A stretch of DNA of 64,000 nt from Candidatus Caccoplasma sp. (lineage in GTDB: Bacteria; Bacteroidota; Bacteroidia; Bacteroidales; G3-4614): positions 68,502 through 132,501 of the forward strand of contig JAZLBW010000002.1 of assembly GCA_045613905.1 (NCBI GenBank). The letters run 5' to 3'. The notes beneath the pieces are model-generated. The model was not told the DNA's origin, searched no databases, and was given only the letters and a program-made list of their open reading frames with translations. Made by a program: the position numbers and the translations under genes. Below, in pieces: positions 27,699-38,006 of this stretch (the first letter of the stretch is position 1; the number at the start of each line of letters is the position of its first letter).

Positions 27699-28628
27699 CT
27701 AACTGTATTTACTGATTATTTTAGCACAAAGTTTTTCGTGTCGTGCTATTGTATAGAATCGGAGCAACTCGAATAGTGTACACTCCAATACTACATAGAG
27801 CCAGGGTACATCGAAACCGATACAGAGGAACATCAATATTACTCTGAAATCGAATGTTATGATATTTGATAGTGGCATCAAAGGGCGACTTCCTTCCAGA
27901 AAATCGTTACGAAGCGACTCGGGGATGTTTTCTCCATACTTCTCGCGTATAAGCGACATCATCTTATGGAAGTTCTTTACTTGATCTTCTTGTGAGCCTG
28001 TATAACGAGAATAGAAGTAGAGATATAGTTTTTGGAACCATCCTTGTTTGTCCCATTTTAGGGCTTTCATCTCGGCACGCACCTTCTCAGACGAATCCAA
28101 CTCTGCCTTGTCTGCTCCAAATTGGAAATACATGTGGATATTACGGAAATAGTCTCCTATCGCACATTGTCTTCCATGACATCTTATTCCTGCCCACGTA
28201 CACAATAGGTATATTATTGCTCCCCACTCCATATTGGTAAATGGTATTGGTTCGTACGTCAGCCTAAGACTTATAGCGAGATATATGCAAAAGAACCATA
28301 CGTCGCCACAGAATCCGTCGAGGATACGTCCGATGAGTGTTCTTTTTCCTGTCATTCGCGCCAATTGTCCGTCGGCACAATCAAACCAGTTTGCCCATAT
28401 GAGCAATGCCATTCCTATAAGGTTTTGGCGTATGTCGTCGAAATAAAAGAAATATCCTGCTGATGCTCCAATAACAATGCTTACTATGGTTATTGCCACA
28501 GGGTGTATGTGTAGTTTTTTAAAAAGCAACGCCCACAGATAACCCGGCGTGCGAGTCATATATAGCTCAAAAGGGCCTTCGGTGTCTTGGCTCTTCATCG
28601 TTGCTTTTACATTATCTATCAAACCCAT
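27699..28628 (-). CDS. CDP-alcohol phosphatidyltransferase family protein
   Basis: Polytopic membrane protein carrying the family motif DCADGQLAR...G...D...D. Confidence 0.8.
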   Translation of the reverse strand: MGLIDNVKATMKSQDTEGPFELYMTRTPGYLWALLFKKLHIHPVAITIVSIVIGASAGYFFYFDDIRQNLIGMALLIWANWFDCADGQLARMTGKRTLIGRILDGFCGDVWFFCIYLAISLRLTYEPIPFTNMEWGAIIYLLCTWAGIRCHGRQCAIGDYFRNIHMYFQFGADKAELDSSEKVRAEMKALKWDKQGWFQKLYLYFYSRYTGSQEDQVKNFHKMMSLIREKYGENIPESLRNDFLEGSRPLMPLSNIITFDFRVILMFLCIGFDVPWLYVVLECTLFELLRFYTIARHEKLCAKIISKYS

Positions 28629-28672
28629 ACTTATCCTATATTTCTTTTATTGTTTGTATAGCTTCAGAATGC

Positions 28673-29767
28673 TTATTCGTTGTCTTGCATCAAGTTCAAA
28701 GTTTCATCTTTTCCACTCTTGTCAACATATTGCTTGCGAAGTGGGTTTGCTGTCATCTCGGCATACATCTCACGATTGTTATATACATCTATTGCCGCAT
28801 ATATTGCTTGACGCATTGAGTTTGCCGAAGCTTTGCTTTTTCCTGCAATATCGTAAGCTGTTCCATGGTCGGGAGAGGTACGAACATACTCCAATCCTGC
28901 TGTATAGTTTACTCCGTCGTCCATTGACAATGCTTTAAATGGAGCCAATCCTTGGTCGTGATACATTGCCAAAACTCCATCGAAGTTTTTATAGAGTGAC
29001 GCTCCAAAGAATCCGTCTGCGGGGTATGGTCCAAAACATACCAATCCGCTGTTGTATGCCTCCTCTATTGCGGGTATGATTGTCTCTTTCTCCTCTGTCC
29101 CAATCAATCCGCCATCTCCGGCATGTGGGTTTAACGACAACACTGCTATTCTTGGACGCTCTAATCTGAAATCTTTTTTCAATGAGTCGTTGAAGATGTT
29201 TAGTTTTTTGATTATCAACTCTTTTGTTATCTTCTCCGACAAATCTTTTATTGGGTCATGCGTTGTTACCAATGCCACCTTTAAATTCTCGTTCATCAGA
29301 ATCATTAAAGGCTCATCTTCTCCGCCAAGACGGTCTTGAAGATATTCGGTATGCCCCGTGAAATTAAATTTATCGCTTTGTATTGTATTTTTATTTATTG
29401 GCGCTGTTACAAGCACATCCACTTTTCCCTCTTTAAGGTCATTTATGGCAATTTCCAAAGCTTTAAGCGATGCTTCTCCTGCCACTTGAGAAGGTTTTCC
29501 TATCTCAACTTTCAACTCATCATCAAAGCAGTTCACAAAGTTTACTCTGTCAGGCAATATGCCATCGGCAGAAACTACTATATTGAATTGTAAATTAGGC
29601 ACATCTAATACTTTTTTGTAATAGCCCGATACTTTTGCGGCTCCATACACTACAGGGGTGCATATTTCTGTTATACGTTGATCTGACAACGCTTTGATTA
29701 TCACCTCATAACCTACTCCATTTATATCGCCATGAGTTATTGCTACTCGTAACTTATTTTGTTTCAT
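28673..29767 (-). CDS. pdxA: 4-hydroxythreonine-4-phosphate dehydrogenase
   Basis: 364 aa with PdxA motifs GHTEYL, NPHAGDGG and SPDHGTAYDIAGK. Confidence 0.9.
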   Translation of the reverse strand: MKQNKLRVAITHGDINGVGYEVIIKALSDQRITEICTPVVYGAAKVSGYYKKVLDVPNLQFNIVVSADGILPDRVNFVNCFDDELKVEIGKPSQVAGEASLKALEIAINDLKEGKVDVLVTAPINKNTIQSDKFNFTGHTEYLQDRLGGEDEPLMILMNENLKVALVTTHDPIKDLSEKITKELIIKKLNIFNDSLKKDFRLERPRIAVLSLNPHAGDGGLIGTEEKETIIPAIEEAYNSGLVCFGPYPADGFFGASLYKNFDGVLAMYHDQGLAPFKALSMDDGVNYTAGLEYVRTSPDHGTAYDIAGKSKASANSMRQAIYAAIDVYNNREMYAEMTANPLRKQYVDKSGKDETLNLMQDNE

Positions 29768-29844
29768 ATAGTGTTGTTATTTATTTTGATTGCTAATTTA
29801 CAAAATTTATCTATATATAGCTTGTTTTGGGAAACTTTAAATTC

Positions 29845-30861
29845 TTACTTACCCTTTTGTGATGCCAACATTCCGCATGCCGCTGATACATCTTCTCCGC
29901 GTGATGCTCTGATGGTTGCAACAACTCCTCTATTGTTCAACTCGTTACGGAACGCCTCTATTGTTTCATCAGATGAGCTCTGAAGTGAAATTCCCGGTAT
30001 TGCATGGTAACGTATAAGATTTACTCTGCAATCCAATCCTTTTAATAGCTCCGATAGTTTTTGAGCATCCTCGATGCTGTCATTTACTCCTCGCAACATT
30101 ATATACTCAAACGACAGACGACGTTGATGAGAGAAGTCGTACTCGCGCAACATTGCTATCATTTCGCTGATTGGAAACGCCTTTTCGGCAGGCATATATT
30201 TTGCTCTGCGTCCGTCAGGTGCATGCAAACTTACTGCCAAATGGCATTTACTTTCATCCAAGAAACGTTTAACTCCTTTTCGTATTCCTACAGTTGAGAG
30301 TGTTATTCGTTTAGGGCTCCATGCCATTCCCCATGCCGATGTAAGTATCTCTATTACAGTTAATACAGAATCGAGATTATCGGTCGGTTCTCCCATACCC
30401 ATAAAAACTATGTTTGTAAGCTCTTGACTATGAGGTACTGCCAATATCTGATTCATTATTTCGGCAGGGGTAAGGTTGCGTTGAAATCCCTGTTTGCCTG
30501 TCATGCAGAAGAGGCAGTTCATTTTGCAACCAACCTGCGACGATACACATAGTGTTGCTCTCTCTCTGTCGGGAATATATACGGTCTCTACCGTATATCC
30601 GTCAGATAGAGAAAAGAGGTATTTTTCGGTTCCGTCTTCCGATACAACTTGATGTACGGGAGGTTCCACTCCTACACTGCACTCCTCTGCCAATCTCTCT
30701 CTATTTTGTTTTGAGATGTTGGTCATGGCAGAAAAATCGGTTACACGTTTCTCGTACAACCACTCTGCTATCTGTTTCCCTGCAAATGCAGGCATTTTTA
30801 ACTCTTGCGCAAGTTGCTTAAGTTCTGAAAGGGTTTTACCTACCAATACTCTCTTTTGCAT
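29845..30861 (-). CDS. rlmN: 23S rRNA/tRNA (adenine-C2)-methyltransferase, radical SAM
   Basis: Radical-SAM cluster CKMNCLFCMTG, plus GMGEP and a C-terminal conserved Cys. Start set at ATG 30861 (the ORF track begins at an upstream TTG). Confidence 0.9.
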   Translation of the reverse strand: MQKRVLVGKTLSELKQLAQELKMPAFAGKQIAEWLYEKRVTDFSAMTNISKQNRERLAEECSVGVEPPVHQVVSEDGTEKYLFSLSDGYTVETVYIPDRERATLCVSSQVGCKMNCLFCMTGKQGFQRNLTPAEIMNQILAVPHSQELTNIVFMGMGEPTDNLDSVLTVIEILTSAWGMAWSPKRITLSTVGIRKGVKRFLDESKCHLAVSLHAPDGRRAKYMPAEKAFPISEMIAMLREYDFSHQRRLSFEYIMLRGVNDSIEDAQKLSELLKGLDCRVNLIRYHAIPGISLQSSSDETIEAFRNELNNRGVVATIRASRGEDVSAACGMLASQKGK

Positions 30862-30939
30862 ATCGTCAGTTTTTATATGATGAGAGGACGGTTTCAAACA
30901 AGGTTGAAATCGTCCCCTCGATTTTAATCAATTTATTTT

Positions 30940-33000
30940 TTAATAAATTATTGTTCTGTTGTCTTTTACGTCTGTTAGGCTATATATCAACTCAAAATAT
31001 TTTTGGTACATATATTTTGACATTGTTCCGTTATATATAGCTTTCTCGCTCTCTTTGTCAAATGTTGAGATAACAGCGTTGTCGTTTACTACTTTGTATA
31101 GATATACCGCTCTTGAACCTTGTACAGGTGCTTGAATCTCATTAACAGGCGCGTAAGGTGCCGCTCCTGCCAATTTAGGCTCGAATCCGATTCCTGCCAA
31201 AACTGATGAACGGAATACTACAGATTTTGCTGTATCAACTTTTGAGTTCAAAGCTGCAGCTGCATCTTCAAGTGATGAGTATCCTTTTAGAATCTCAGCT
31301 ACTTTCTCACCTTTCTTATCTTGAAGAAGTCTTGTTTTCAATAGTGGCTCCAAGTCTTCGTAAGACTCATACTCACCGTCTGAAATTTTAGCAACTTTTG
31401 CTACAACCATGAACGATTTGTTCTCAACTTCGAATATTTTTGACAACTCTTTTTCATCTGCATTGAATGCCCATTGGATGATTTCACGAGCATTTGGCAC
31501 ATATGACAAGTTAACGTCTGCTCTTGTAATTTTTGCAGTTTGCACTGAGATTCCGTTTTCAATATCTCCTTCTGAGAATTTGTCAGAATCACCTTTTTCT
31601 GTGATGTATCTGCTCAATTTATCGTATTGTGCCTCTTGTGTATCTTGGCTTGCTTTTACCTCAACTACCAATTGAGCTACTTGTGCTTTTTCAACAGGTT
31701 TTGTTTTGTCGGTAACTTCCAATAGGTGTATGCCAAATTGAGTTTTTACTTTTTGTACTCCTTTTCCTCCGCGGAAAGCTGCATCAGCAAATTTTGTTCC
31801 CATTTGAGATAGCATAGGCTCTGTAAACCAACCGAAGCTTCCTCCATCTGCTGCAGTATTTGTGTCAACTGAATACTCTTTTGCCAACGCTGCGAAGTCA
31901 CCACCTTTTTTAAGAACATCAAAAATGCTATCGCAAAGAGCCTCTTGAGATGCTGCAAACATTATGTGACGTGCTTCAACAGAGTCCGGAGCTACTGTTT
32001 TTGACATTACACGATATTTTTTGTATGCATTGTTCTCAAAGATTGTTCCTGATACCTCGTTCACTTTTGCTTTGCTAACAAACTCTTTCATTTTAGGATT
32101 CATTCCTGAAATTGTTTGATATTCGTTAGGCAATTTTGCATATTGTACGTGGCGAACGTTCTCTGTTGTTGCAAACTCTTCTGCCAAAGTATTGAACAAT
32201 GTTTCAGTAGCAACATAGTCCTCTTGAGTTGGAGCGACTGAAAGAGCAACAAACTCTATTGTACGAGACTCTTGAGTTTTAAAGCTCTCACGTTTTTTCG
32301 CATATAGATCTTTTACCTCTTTCTCTGAAACTGCTACCATTGAATCGGGTATTGCAGTGTATAGTTGAGGAACGTATGCAATATCAACGTTTTTAACTGT
32401 TTGTGCGAATGAAGCCTCCAAATCGACATCGTTTGGCAATAGAGATTTAGAAACTATGTTGAACATTTTTCTGTTGATTCTGTCATCTTTAACAGCATCT
32501 TCAAATGCGTACCAGTTCTCTTGAGCCATTGCTATTTGAGCTTGATCCTCTTCGCTCATTGTTGATTGGTCAAGTGTGAAGATTTGTGTCAAATATGCAT
32601 TCAACATCTCTTTGTCAAATTCTCCTGTTTGAGGATTTGTATATTGTTGTTTTACCATTGGAGAGATATTTTCTCCCTTGATTAGGTCTTTCAACTCGTC
32701 TGAAGAGACTGAAATTCCGATATTCTCAGCGCAATCAGCAACAGCCATACCCATAACCATCTCTTGGAATAGTCTGTTTTTATCTGCATCTGTTACATTT
32801 GCACCAAGTTGTGCCAATTTTAGTTGAAACTCGTCGGGTGTTATTGCTGTTCCGTTTACTTTAGCAACATTGTTTTTACTCATTTGAAGGAATGTATTTC
32901 CTGAACTTAGGAAGTCACCGATAATGAATGATAACAATGCAACACCAATTACAACGATAAGAAGTCCTGCTTGATTTCTAATTTTTTGTAGTGTAGCCAT
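30940..33000 (-). CDS. PpiD-like periplasmic peptidyl-prolyl isomerase/chaperone
   Basis: 686 aa with an N-terminal TM anchor. Central parvulin-type domain (ARHIMF...GGSFGWF...GIHLLEV). Confidence 0.8.
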   Translation of the reverse strand: MATLQKIRNQAGLLIVVIGVALLSFIIGDFLSSGNTFLQMSKNNVAKVNGTAITPDEFQLKLAQLGANVTDADKNRLFQEMVMGMAVADCAENIGISVSSDELKDLIKGENISPMVKQQYTNPQTGEFDKEMLNAYLTQIFTLDQSTMSEEDQAQIAMAQENWYAFEDAVKDDRINRKMFNIVSKSLLPNDVDLEASFAQTVKNVDIAYVPQLYTAIPDSMVAVSEKEVKDLYAKKRESFKTQESRTIEFVALSVAPTQEDYVATETLFNTLAEEFATTENVRHVQYAKLPNEYQTISGMNPKMKEFVSKAKVNEVSGTIFENNAYKKYRVMSKTVAPDSVEARHIMFAASQEALCDSIFDVLKKGGDFAALAKEYSVDTNTAADGGSFGWFTEPMLSQMGTKFADAAFRGGKGVQKVKTQFGIHLLEVTDKTKPVEKAQVAQLVVEVKASQDTQEAQYDKLSRYITEKGDSDKFSEGDIENGISVQTAKITRADVNLSYVPNAREIIQWAFNADEKELSKIFEVENKSFMVVAKVAKISDGEYESYEDLEPLLKTRLLQDKKGEKVAEILKGYSSLEDAAAALNSKVDTAKSVVFRSSVLAGIGFEPKLAGAAPYAPVNEIQAPVQGSRAVYLYKVVNDNAVISTFDKESEKAIYNGTMSKYMYQKYFELIYSLTDVKDNRTIIY

Positions 33001-33125
33001 CTGTTTTATTATTTAATTTTGTTTATATTCTTTTTATTTTTTAAAATCCAGGTGCGAAGATAATAATTTTTCTCAGCTTATCCCAATTTATATTGGTAGT
33101 TTTTATTATTTACCTGAATTTTATT

Positions 33126-33770
33126 TTAGTTTTTCACTATTGCGGTCTGTTGCTTTAAAGTATCTATAGATTGTAGCGATGTTGTATCTCTTTTTCGCAT
33201 CTCTTCCACGGGAAATATTCCTGTGGTTTTTAGGATTTTATATTGAGTCATGTTTTGATTTGACTCAAAACCCAACCCCTCTATTATTCTATCGCCGCGT
33301 TCTATGTGTATAACCGTATCGGAATAGATTCTTTGTGCATCCTGACTCCAAAATAGTCGCTCCGTAAAAAATCGCTCATCTTTAGTATTAGCCATCTTTA
33401 CATCTCCTCGCAACTCCCATAATCTCTTGGTTTTATAGAATATTGCTGTATCTCCTTCGAGAAAGGCTGCAACATTATAATCTTCGTCAAATTGTTCTAA
33501 ATATATTCCTTTTGGGAAATACCAACGAGGATTTGACGAATTCTCATACATATACCAATCGGGGGCTACAACTCTGTAACGAGTTACTCCTGAATCGGAT
33601 ATTAGAGTAGAGACATCTCTACTATAGACTGTTGACATCTCCCTTGGATCGGCAAAAGATTCTATAACCTCTTTCTTGTCTTTTCCACAACCAACCACCA
33701 CCATTGCCATCAAAAACAGTGATGCCACCACGTGCAAACGAACAAATTGGCAAAATCTAAACATACTCAT
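33126..33770 (-). CDS. LptC-like periplasmic lipoprotein (tentative)
   Basis: Lipobox VVGC. The ~200-aa size and beta-rich sequence are compatible with Bacteroidetes LptC. The assignment is weak. Confidence 0.45.
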   Translation of the reverse strand: MSMFRFCQFVRLHVVASLFLMAMVVVGCGKDKKEVIESFADPREMSTVYSRDVSTLISDSGVTRYRVVAPDWYMYENSSNPRWYFPKGIYLEQFDEDYNVAAFLEGDTAIFYKTKRLWELRGDVKMANTKDERFFTERLFWSQDAQRIYSDTVIHIERGDRIIEGLGFESNQNMTQYKILKTTGIFPVEEMRKRDTTSLQSIDTLKQQTAIVKN

Positions 33771-33804
33771 AGTCTTTTGTTTTTGATTTTAGTGGAGTCT
33801 TTTT

Positions 33805-35085
33805 TTACTCTATCTTTCTCTTGAAGAACCAGAATTCGTTAAACGATATTCCTACCGAGAACAAAATTCCATTCTCAAACACAGTTGCTTTTGGAGATAG
33901 TTTTCTGTGATAATATTGTGCAGATACGTTTATCAACGATTTGTCTTTGAGTATAGGCAAGCCCAAACCTATTGATGCTCCAACCTCACTCAAATCATTT
34001 CCATTTAGTTTTATATATGATTTTTCGTAGTATGCACCGGCTCTAAATCTCATTCTGTCAACATATTTTGTCGAATATACTGCATTTCGATACTCAGCAC
34101 CTAACGAGATACGATATCGATCGTTGAAATTACCTTTTAAGGCATCTTCGGTAAACTCTGTTTTCCATAGGGGCAAATAGTTTACTTTACTCCAGGGTTG
34201 ATATGTGAAATCTACACCGATAATTAGTCTATCGTCCCATTTATATCCCAATCCTGCGCCATAGGTCTCTGCCATTTCATAACAACTTTTTAGTGAGATG
34301 GTATCGCTCTCGACAGTTAAAGAGGTCTCGCCACTTGTCTCCAACTGATACAAGTCGTTATATCTTTTTCCCAACATCTTTTTCTTGGGAGAGTAAACAG
34401 CGCCAATTGTTATTGAGTTTTTCTCGTTTATGTTTTGTGTGTATCTCAATCCAAAATCAAACTTATAATCAGTCACATGCATTTTCGATTGAGAAATCAT
34501 TGCAACAACGTTATATGCCGAATTGGGCAATATGGTTGTTGAGTGGGTTATATTTCCGAAAAGATACGACGCATTTACTCCCACATATAGGTTTTTATAC
34601 AATTTTGCCGCTACGCCCAAATATACCTGATGGATTCCACCCTCGCCATAATTTGAGTACTCTCCAAAGTTAATACTCTTTCCGTAACTATAGTTTACTT
34701 TTGAAAATGGCATTATACCAAATGACGCTGCAAAATGTTTTCCCAGAGGGAACTGAAGTACGGCATAGTCAAAATTAGCATAGGTTTTGGTCTCTCTTAA
34801 GGTTTTTGTGTCTAATCTCTCTTTAACCCAATCGGTTTCGACACTCATACCCACGTCAAATAGGAAAGTTAAAGAGTCCATGGCCGCATATGATGCCGGG
34901 TTCTTGGGATTTACTTGCATTTTATTGTTTATAGCATATCCAACGCCTCCCATTCCTGAGTTTATACCCAATGTGCAGTCATCAAGCGAACCCAATCCGT
35001 ACATGGAATACGGACTTTGTGCTTTTGAAGTAAAAATTATTGAAAGCAGTAATACCACTACTGCTATATATCTATTCTTTAACAT
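33805..35085 (-). CDS. hypothetical outer-membrane beta-barrel protein
   Basis: Signal peptide, alternating strand pattern, C-terminal aromatic region. Confidence 0.55.
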   Translation of the reverse strand: MLKNRYIAVVVLLLSIIFTSKAQSPYSMYGLGSLDDCTLGINSGMGGVGYAINNKMQVNPKNPASYAAMDSLTFLFDVGMSVETDWVKERLDTKTLRETKTYANFDYAVLQFPLGKHFAASFGIMPFSKVNYSYGKSINFGEYSNYGEGGIHQVYLGVAAKLYKNLYVGVNASYLFGNITHSTTILPNSAYNVVAMISQSKMHVTDYKFDFGLRYTQNINEKNSITIGAVYSPKKKMLGKRYNDLYQLETSGETSLTVESDTISLKSCYEMAETYGAGLGYKWDDRLIIGVDFTYQPWSKVNYLPLWKTEFTEDALKGNFNDRYRISLGAEYRNAVYSTKYVDRMRFRAGAYYEKSYIKLNGNDLSEVGASIGLGLPILKDKSLINVSAQYYHRKLSPKATVFENGILFSVGISFNEFWFFKRKIE

Positions 35086-35812
35086 TATATTTCAATATTG
35101 CGTTTAGCCCCTTTAATACTAAATACTCCTCTTCAATTAAAGGTACGAAAGTACTATTTTTTAATCGATTATACAACAATTTATGGTCTCCTCCGGTAAT
35201 AATAACCTTAAGATTCGGCTCTTTTTTAGAAATTTTAGCAATATACCCCTCACACTCATATACAACACCACTCATCACACCCGATAATATTGCCGACACC
35301 GTATCATTTCCCAACTGAGGATATTGCAATGATGGCTCTACCAATGGTAACGATTTTGTGTAATTATTCAACGATTTGAAGCGTATTGATATTCCCGGGG
35401 CAATATTACCCCCTTTATACACGCCTTCGGATGTTACATAGTCATAGGTTATTGCCGTTCCTGCATCAATTATGAGAGTTGGTGATTGAGGATTCACCTC
35501 TTTTGCCCCAACAGCTCCGGCAATTCTATCAACACCCAATGTCTGAGGTGTTGCATATTCAACCTCTATGGGAAGAGATGTTTCGTGATTTAGTACAATA
35601 AAATCGGGAATAGTATTTGATATCAACGCTATCAATTCCTCATTTTTTGAAGATACGGATGAATATATTGCTCGACTATAACATGAACCTTTGATGTAAT
35701 TTTTCAAAGCATCAATCTCCGAATTATCAAAGATTGTCACTTTACAAATCTCATCGTCACTGAAATGAGCAACTTTAACCGAGGTATTCCCCTGATCTAT
35801 TACAAGATTCAC
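35072..35812 (-). CDS. coaX: type III pantothenate kinase
   Basis: N-terminal IDQGNTSVK plus GVDR and TGG motifs. 246 aa. Confidence 0.9.
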   Translation of the reverse strand: MNLVIDQGNTSVKVAHFSDDEICKVTIFDNSEIDALKNYIKGSCYSRAIYSSVSSKNEELIALISNTIPDFIVLNHETSLPIEVEYATPQTLGVDRIAGAVGAKEVNPQSPTLIIDAGTAITYDYVTSEGVYKGGNIAPGISIRFKSLNNYTKSLPLVEPSLQYPQLGNDTVSAILSGVMSGVVYECEGYIAKISKKEPNLKVIITGGDHKLLYNRLKNSTFVPLIEEEYLVLKGLNAILKYNVKE

Positions 35813-35814
35813 TA

Positions 35815-36183
35815 TTATTGTTTGTTTTCTTGGTTCTTCTTTTTTTCCTCACGCGATGCTATAAACGATGCATAGAGTTGCAATACTGCTCCCGACAACA
35901 AAAGAGCTATCCACTCTTGTTGACGCATATACAAAAACCACGAAGCCGCAGTTATCATCAAGGCAGAGAATAACTCTATGCGACATGCTCGTTTTTGACG
36001 AAAGTTCATGCCTTCTGTATCACGAAACAGGCGCACAAATATCAAGCCTAATCCTCCTGCACCCAATAAATATACAGAGAGTTGAAAATAATACATAAAC
36101 ATTATTGTAGCTGCCAATATTGATATAGCCGACAATATTGTTATAAGTCCTAATATATTGGGATTTATCTTTATCTTCTTCAT
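35815..36183 (-). CDS. hypothetical small membrane protein
   Basis: 122 aa with 3-4 predicted TM helices, packed in the operon. Confidence 0.5.
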   Translation of the reverse strand: MKKIKINPNILGLITILSAISILAATIMFMYYFQLSVYLLGAGGLGLIFVRLFRDTEGMNFRQKRACRIELFSALMITAASWFLYMRQQEWIALLLSGAVLQLYASFIASREEKKKNQENKQ

Positions 36184-36217
36184 TTTATTTGGTTTTATAT
36201 GTTTAATTTCAAAACAA

Positions 36218-36532
36218 TTAATTTTCCGATTCTGTTTTTATGATAAACACATCCTCATCGGGGTGTTTATAACCATATTTCTCTCGAGCATACCTTTCGA
36301 GTACCGATTTATTGTTACGCAACTCCTCTATCTGCATGCTATCAGAGTGAATCTGATCTTTATAAGTTTGAAGTACCTCTTTTAAGCTATCCAACTCATT
36401 GTTATACTCCATTCTGACCATTATACTGTTATGGTCAAAAAACATCAGATATACAAAAAACAGAAGAACCGCAAACAGCAACCACCATTTACGCAAAAAT
36501 CTAAAAAATTTCTTTATTGAATCCATTTTCAT
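36218..36532 (-). CDS. septum formation initiator (FtsB/DivIC) family protein
   Basis: Single TM helix, a coiled coil and a C-terminal ERYAREKYGYKHPDEDVFII motif typical of the family. Confidence 0.7.
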   Translation of the reverse strand: MKMDSIKKFFRFLRKWWLLFAVLLFFVYLMFFDHNSIMVRMEYNNELDSLKEVLQTYKDQIHSDSMQIEELRNNKSVLERYAREKYGYKHPDEDVFIIKTESEN

Positions 36533-36643
36533 TATACTCGCACAATAGCTCTTTTACAAATTGTTGCGAAGATATAAAAAGTTTTTGACTATAACGCCAT
36601 TTATACCCACACTAATATGCTTTAAGGGTTTTTGAATACAAAA

Positions 36644-36674
36644 AAGAACCGCTTTCGTTTCCGAAGCGGTTCTT
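36644..36674 (-). terminator. rho-independent terminator of the rpsF-rpsR-rplI operon
   Basis: 11-bp perfect stem AAGAACCGCTT / AAGCGGTTCTT with a 9-nt loop and a T-run on the minus strand. Confidence 0.7.
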
Positions 36675-36696
36675 AAATGAATTATTGTATAGTCAA

Positions 36697-37140
36697 TTAT
36701 TCTGCTACAACAACAACCTCTACCTCTGCTGATACCTCTTTGTGTAGTTTGATAACTACTTTGTGAGCACCAAGTTCTTTTAGAGGCTCTTTCAAAGCGA
36801 TAAGACGACGATCTACTGTGAAACCTTTTTCAGCCAATGTCTCTGCAATTTGAACAGATGTTACTGAACCGAATACTTTACCACTCTCGCTTGCTTTAGT
36901 TGCAATTGAAATTGACACTCCATTCAATGAAGCTGCCAATGCCTCAGCATCTGCTTTAATTTTAGCCAATTTGTGAGCACGTTGACGGTTGTCCTCTGCT
37001 AACATTTTTAGAGCCGACTCAGATGCGATAACTGCTTTTCCTTGAGGGATAAGATAGTTGCGTCCGTATCCTTTTTTTACGTTAACAACATCACCCTTGA
37101 ATCCTAAGTTTAGAATATCTTCTTTTAATATTACTTGCAT
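36697..37140 (-). CDS. rplI: 50S ribosomal protein L9
   Basis: MQVILKEDILNLGFKGDVVNVKKGYGRNYLIP is the canonical L9 N-terminus. Confidence 0.95.
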   Translation of the reverse strand: MQVILKEDILNLGFKGDVVNVKKGYGRNYLIPQGKAVIASESALKMLAEDNRQRAHKLAKIKADAEALAASLNGVSISIATKASESGKVFGSVTSVQIAETLAEKGFTVDRRLIALKEPLKELGAHKVVIKLHKEVSAEVEVVVVAE

Positions 37141-37158
37141 TGTCGTTCCTCCTTAATT

Positions 37159-37431
37159 TTATTTCATGTTATCAGTTACATAAGGCAACAACGCCAAGTG
37201 GCGAGCGCGCTTAACAGCTTGAGCAATACGACGTTGGAACTTCAATGAAGTACCTGTGATACGACGAGGTAAAATTTTACCTTGCTCGTTCAAGAATTTT
37301 TTCAAGAATTCGGGATCTTTGTAGTCGATATACTTAATTCCGCTCTTTTTGAAACGGCAATATTTTTTCTTCTTCACATCTACTGAAGGAGGAGTAAGAT
37401 ATCTGATCTCTGATTGTGTGTTTTGTGCCAT
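37159..37431 (-). CDS. rpsR: 30S ribosomal protein S18
   Basis: 90 aa with the canonical S18 core KKYCRF...ILPRRITG...[11 protein letters not shown]. Confidence 0.95.
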   Translation of the reverse strand: MAQNTQSEIRYLTPPSVDVKKKKYCRFKKSGIKYIDYKDPEFLKKFLNEQGKILPRRITGTSLKFQRRIAQAVKRARHLALLPYVTDNMK

Positions 37432-37434
37432 GGT

Positions 37435-37785
37435 CTAGTTCTCCTTTACTTCGTTGTTTGATTTAACACTTCTTCTCTTCGCTGCATATTCAGCTGCGTA
37501 TTTGTCTTGTTTGAAAGTCAAGAAACGAATAACGCGCTCGTCGCGACGGAAGTTTACCTCTAACTTAGCGATTACAGTTGGTTCTGCATCGAACTCAATA
37601 AACTCGTAAAAACCTGTAGTTTTCTTTTGAATAGGATAAGCAAGTTTACGCAAACCCCAGTTCTCTTCGTTTACGATTACGGCTCCTTCAGCTTTGAGAA
37701 TGTTTGTGAATTTCTCTACCGCTTCCTTCATCTGAGTATCAGACAAAACGGGAGTCAAAATGAAAACGGTTTCGTAATGATTCAT
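37435..37785 (-). CDS. rpsF: 30S ribosomal protein S6
   Basis: Start set at [10 protein letters not shown] (ATG 37785). The upstream extension in the ORF track overlaps the promoter. Confidence 0.9.
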   Translation of the reverse strand: MNHYETVFILTPVLSDTQMKEAVEKFTNILKAEGAVIVNEENWGLRKLAYPIQKKTTGFYEFIEFDAEPTVIAKLEVNFRRDERVIRFLTFKQDKYAAEYAAKRRSVKSNNEVKEN

Positions 37786-37820
37786 AATTAATAATTTGTT
37801 AGTTAATAAAATTTGCGGTG

Positions 37821-37828
37821 CAAAAGTA
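37821..37828 (-). promoter_or_regulatory. -7 promoter box TACTTTTG of the rpsF operon
   Basis: Exact TAnnTTTG match 36 bp upstream of the rpsF ATG. Shares the module ATTTGCGGTGCAAARGTAGTAA with the tRNA-Arg promoter. Confidence 0.5.
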
Positions 37829-37863
37829 GTAAATATTTTTGAATTATGCAACATTTGCAGTTA

Positions 37864-37888
37864 TTAGTTTTTAGTTGTTAGTTGTTAG
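37864..37888. repeat. TTAG-heptamer element, copy F
   Basis: TTAGTTT TTAGTTG TTAGTTG TTAG in the divergent rpsF/hydrolase promoter region. Confidence 0.55.
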
Positions 37889-38006
37889 CGAATGTTCATT
37901 AACAAAATACATACCAAAGGGCGAAAATTAAAATTTGAGGAAATATGTTTATTGTTTATATTTTTCTGTTTACTTTGCAGTTGATTATTTTATTTGAGTT
38001 GATTAT

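Noticed and set aside
37786-37854. N-terminal 23-codon extension of the rpsF ORF in the track
   Set aside because: The extension overlaps the exact -7 promoter box (37821-37828). The canonical S6 N-terminus [10 protein letters not shown] begins at ATG 37785.
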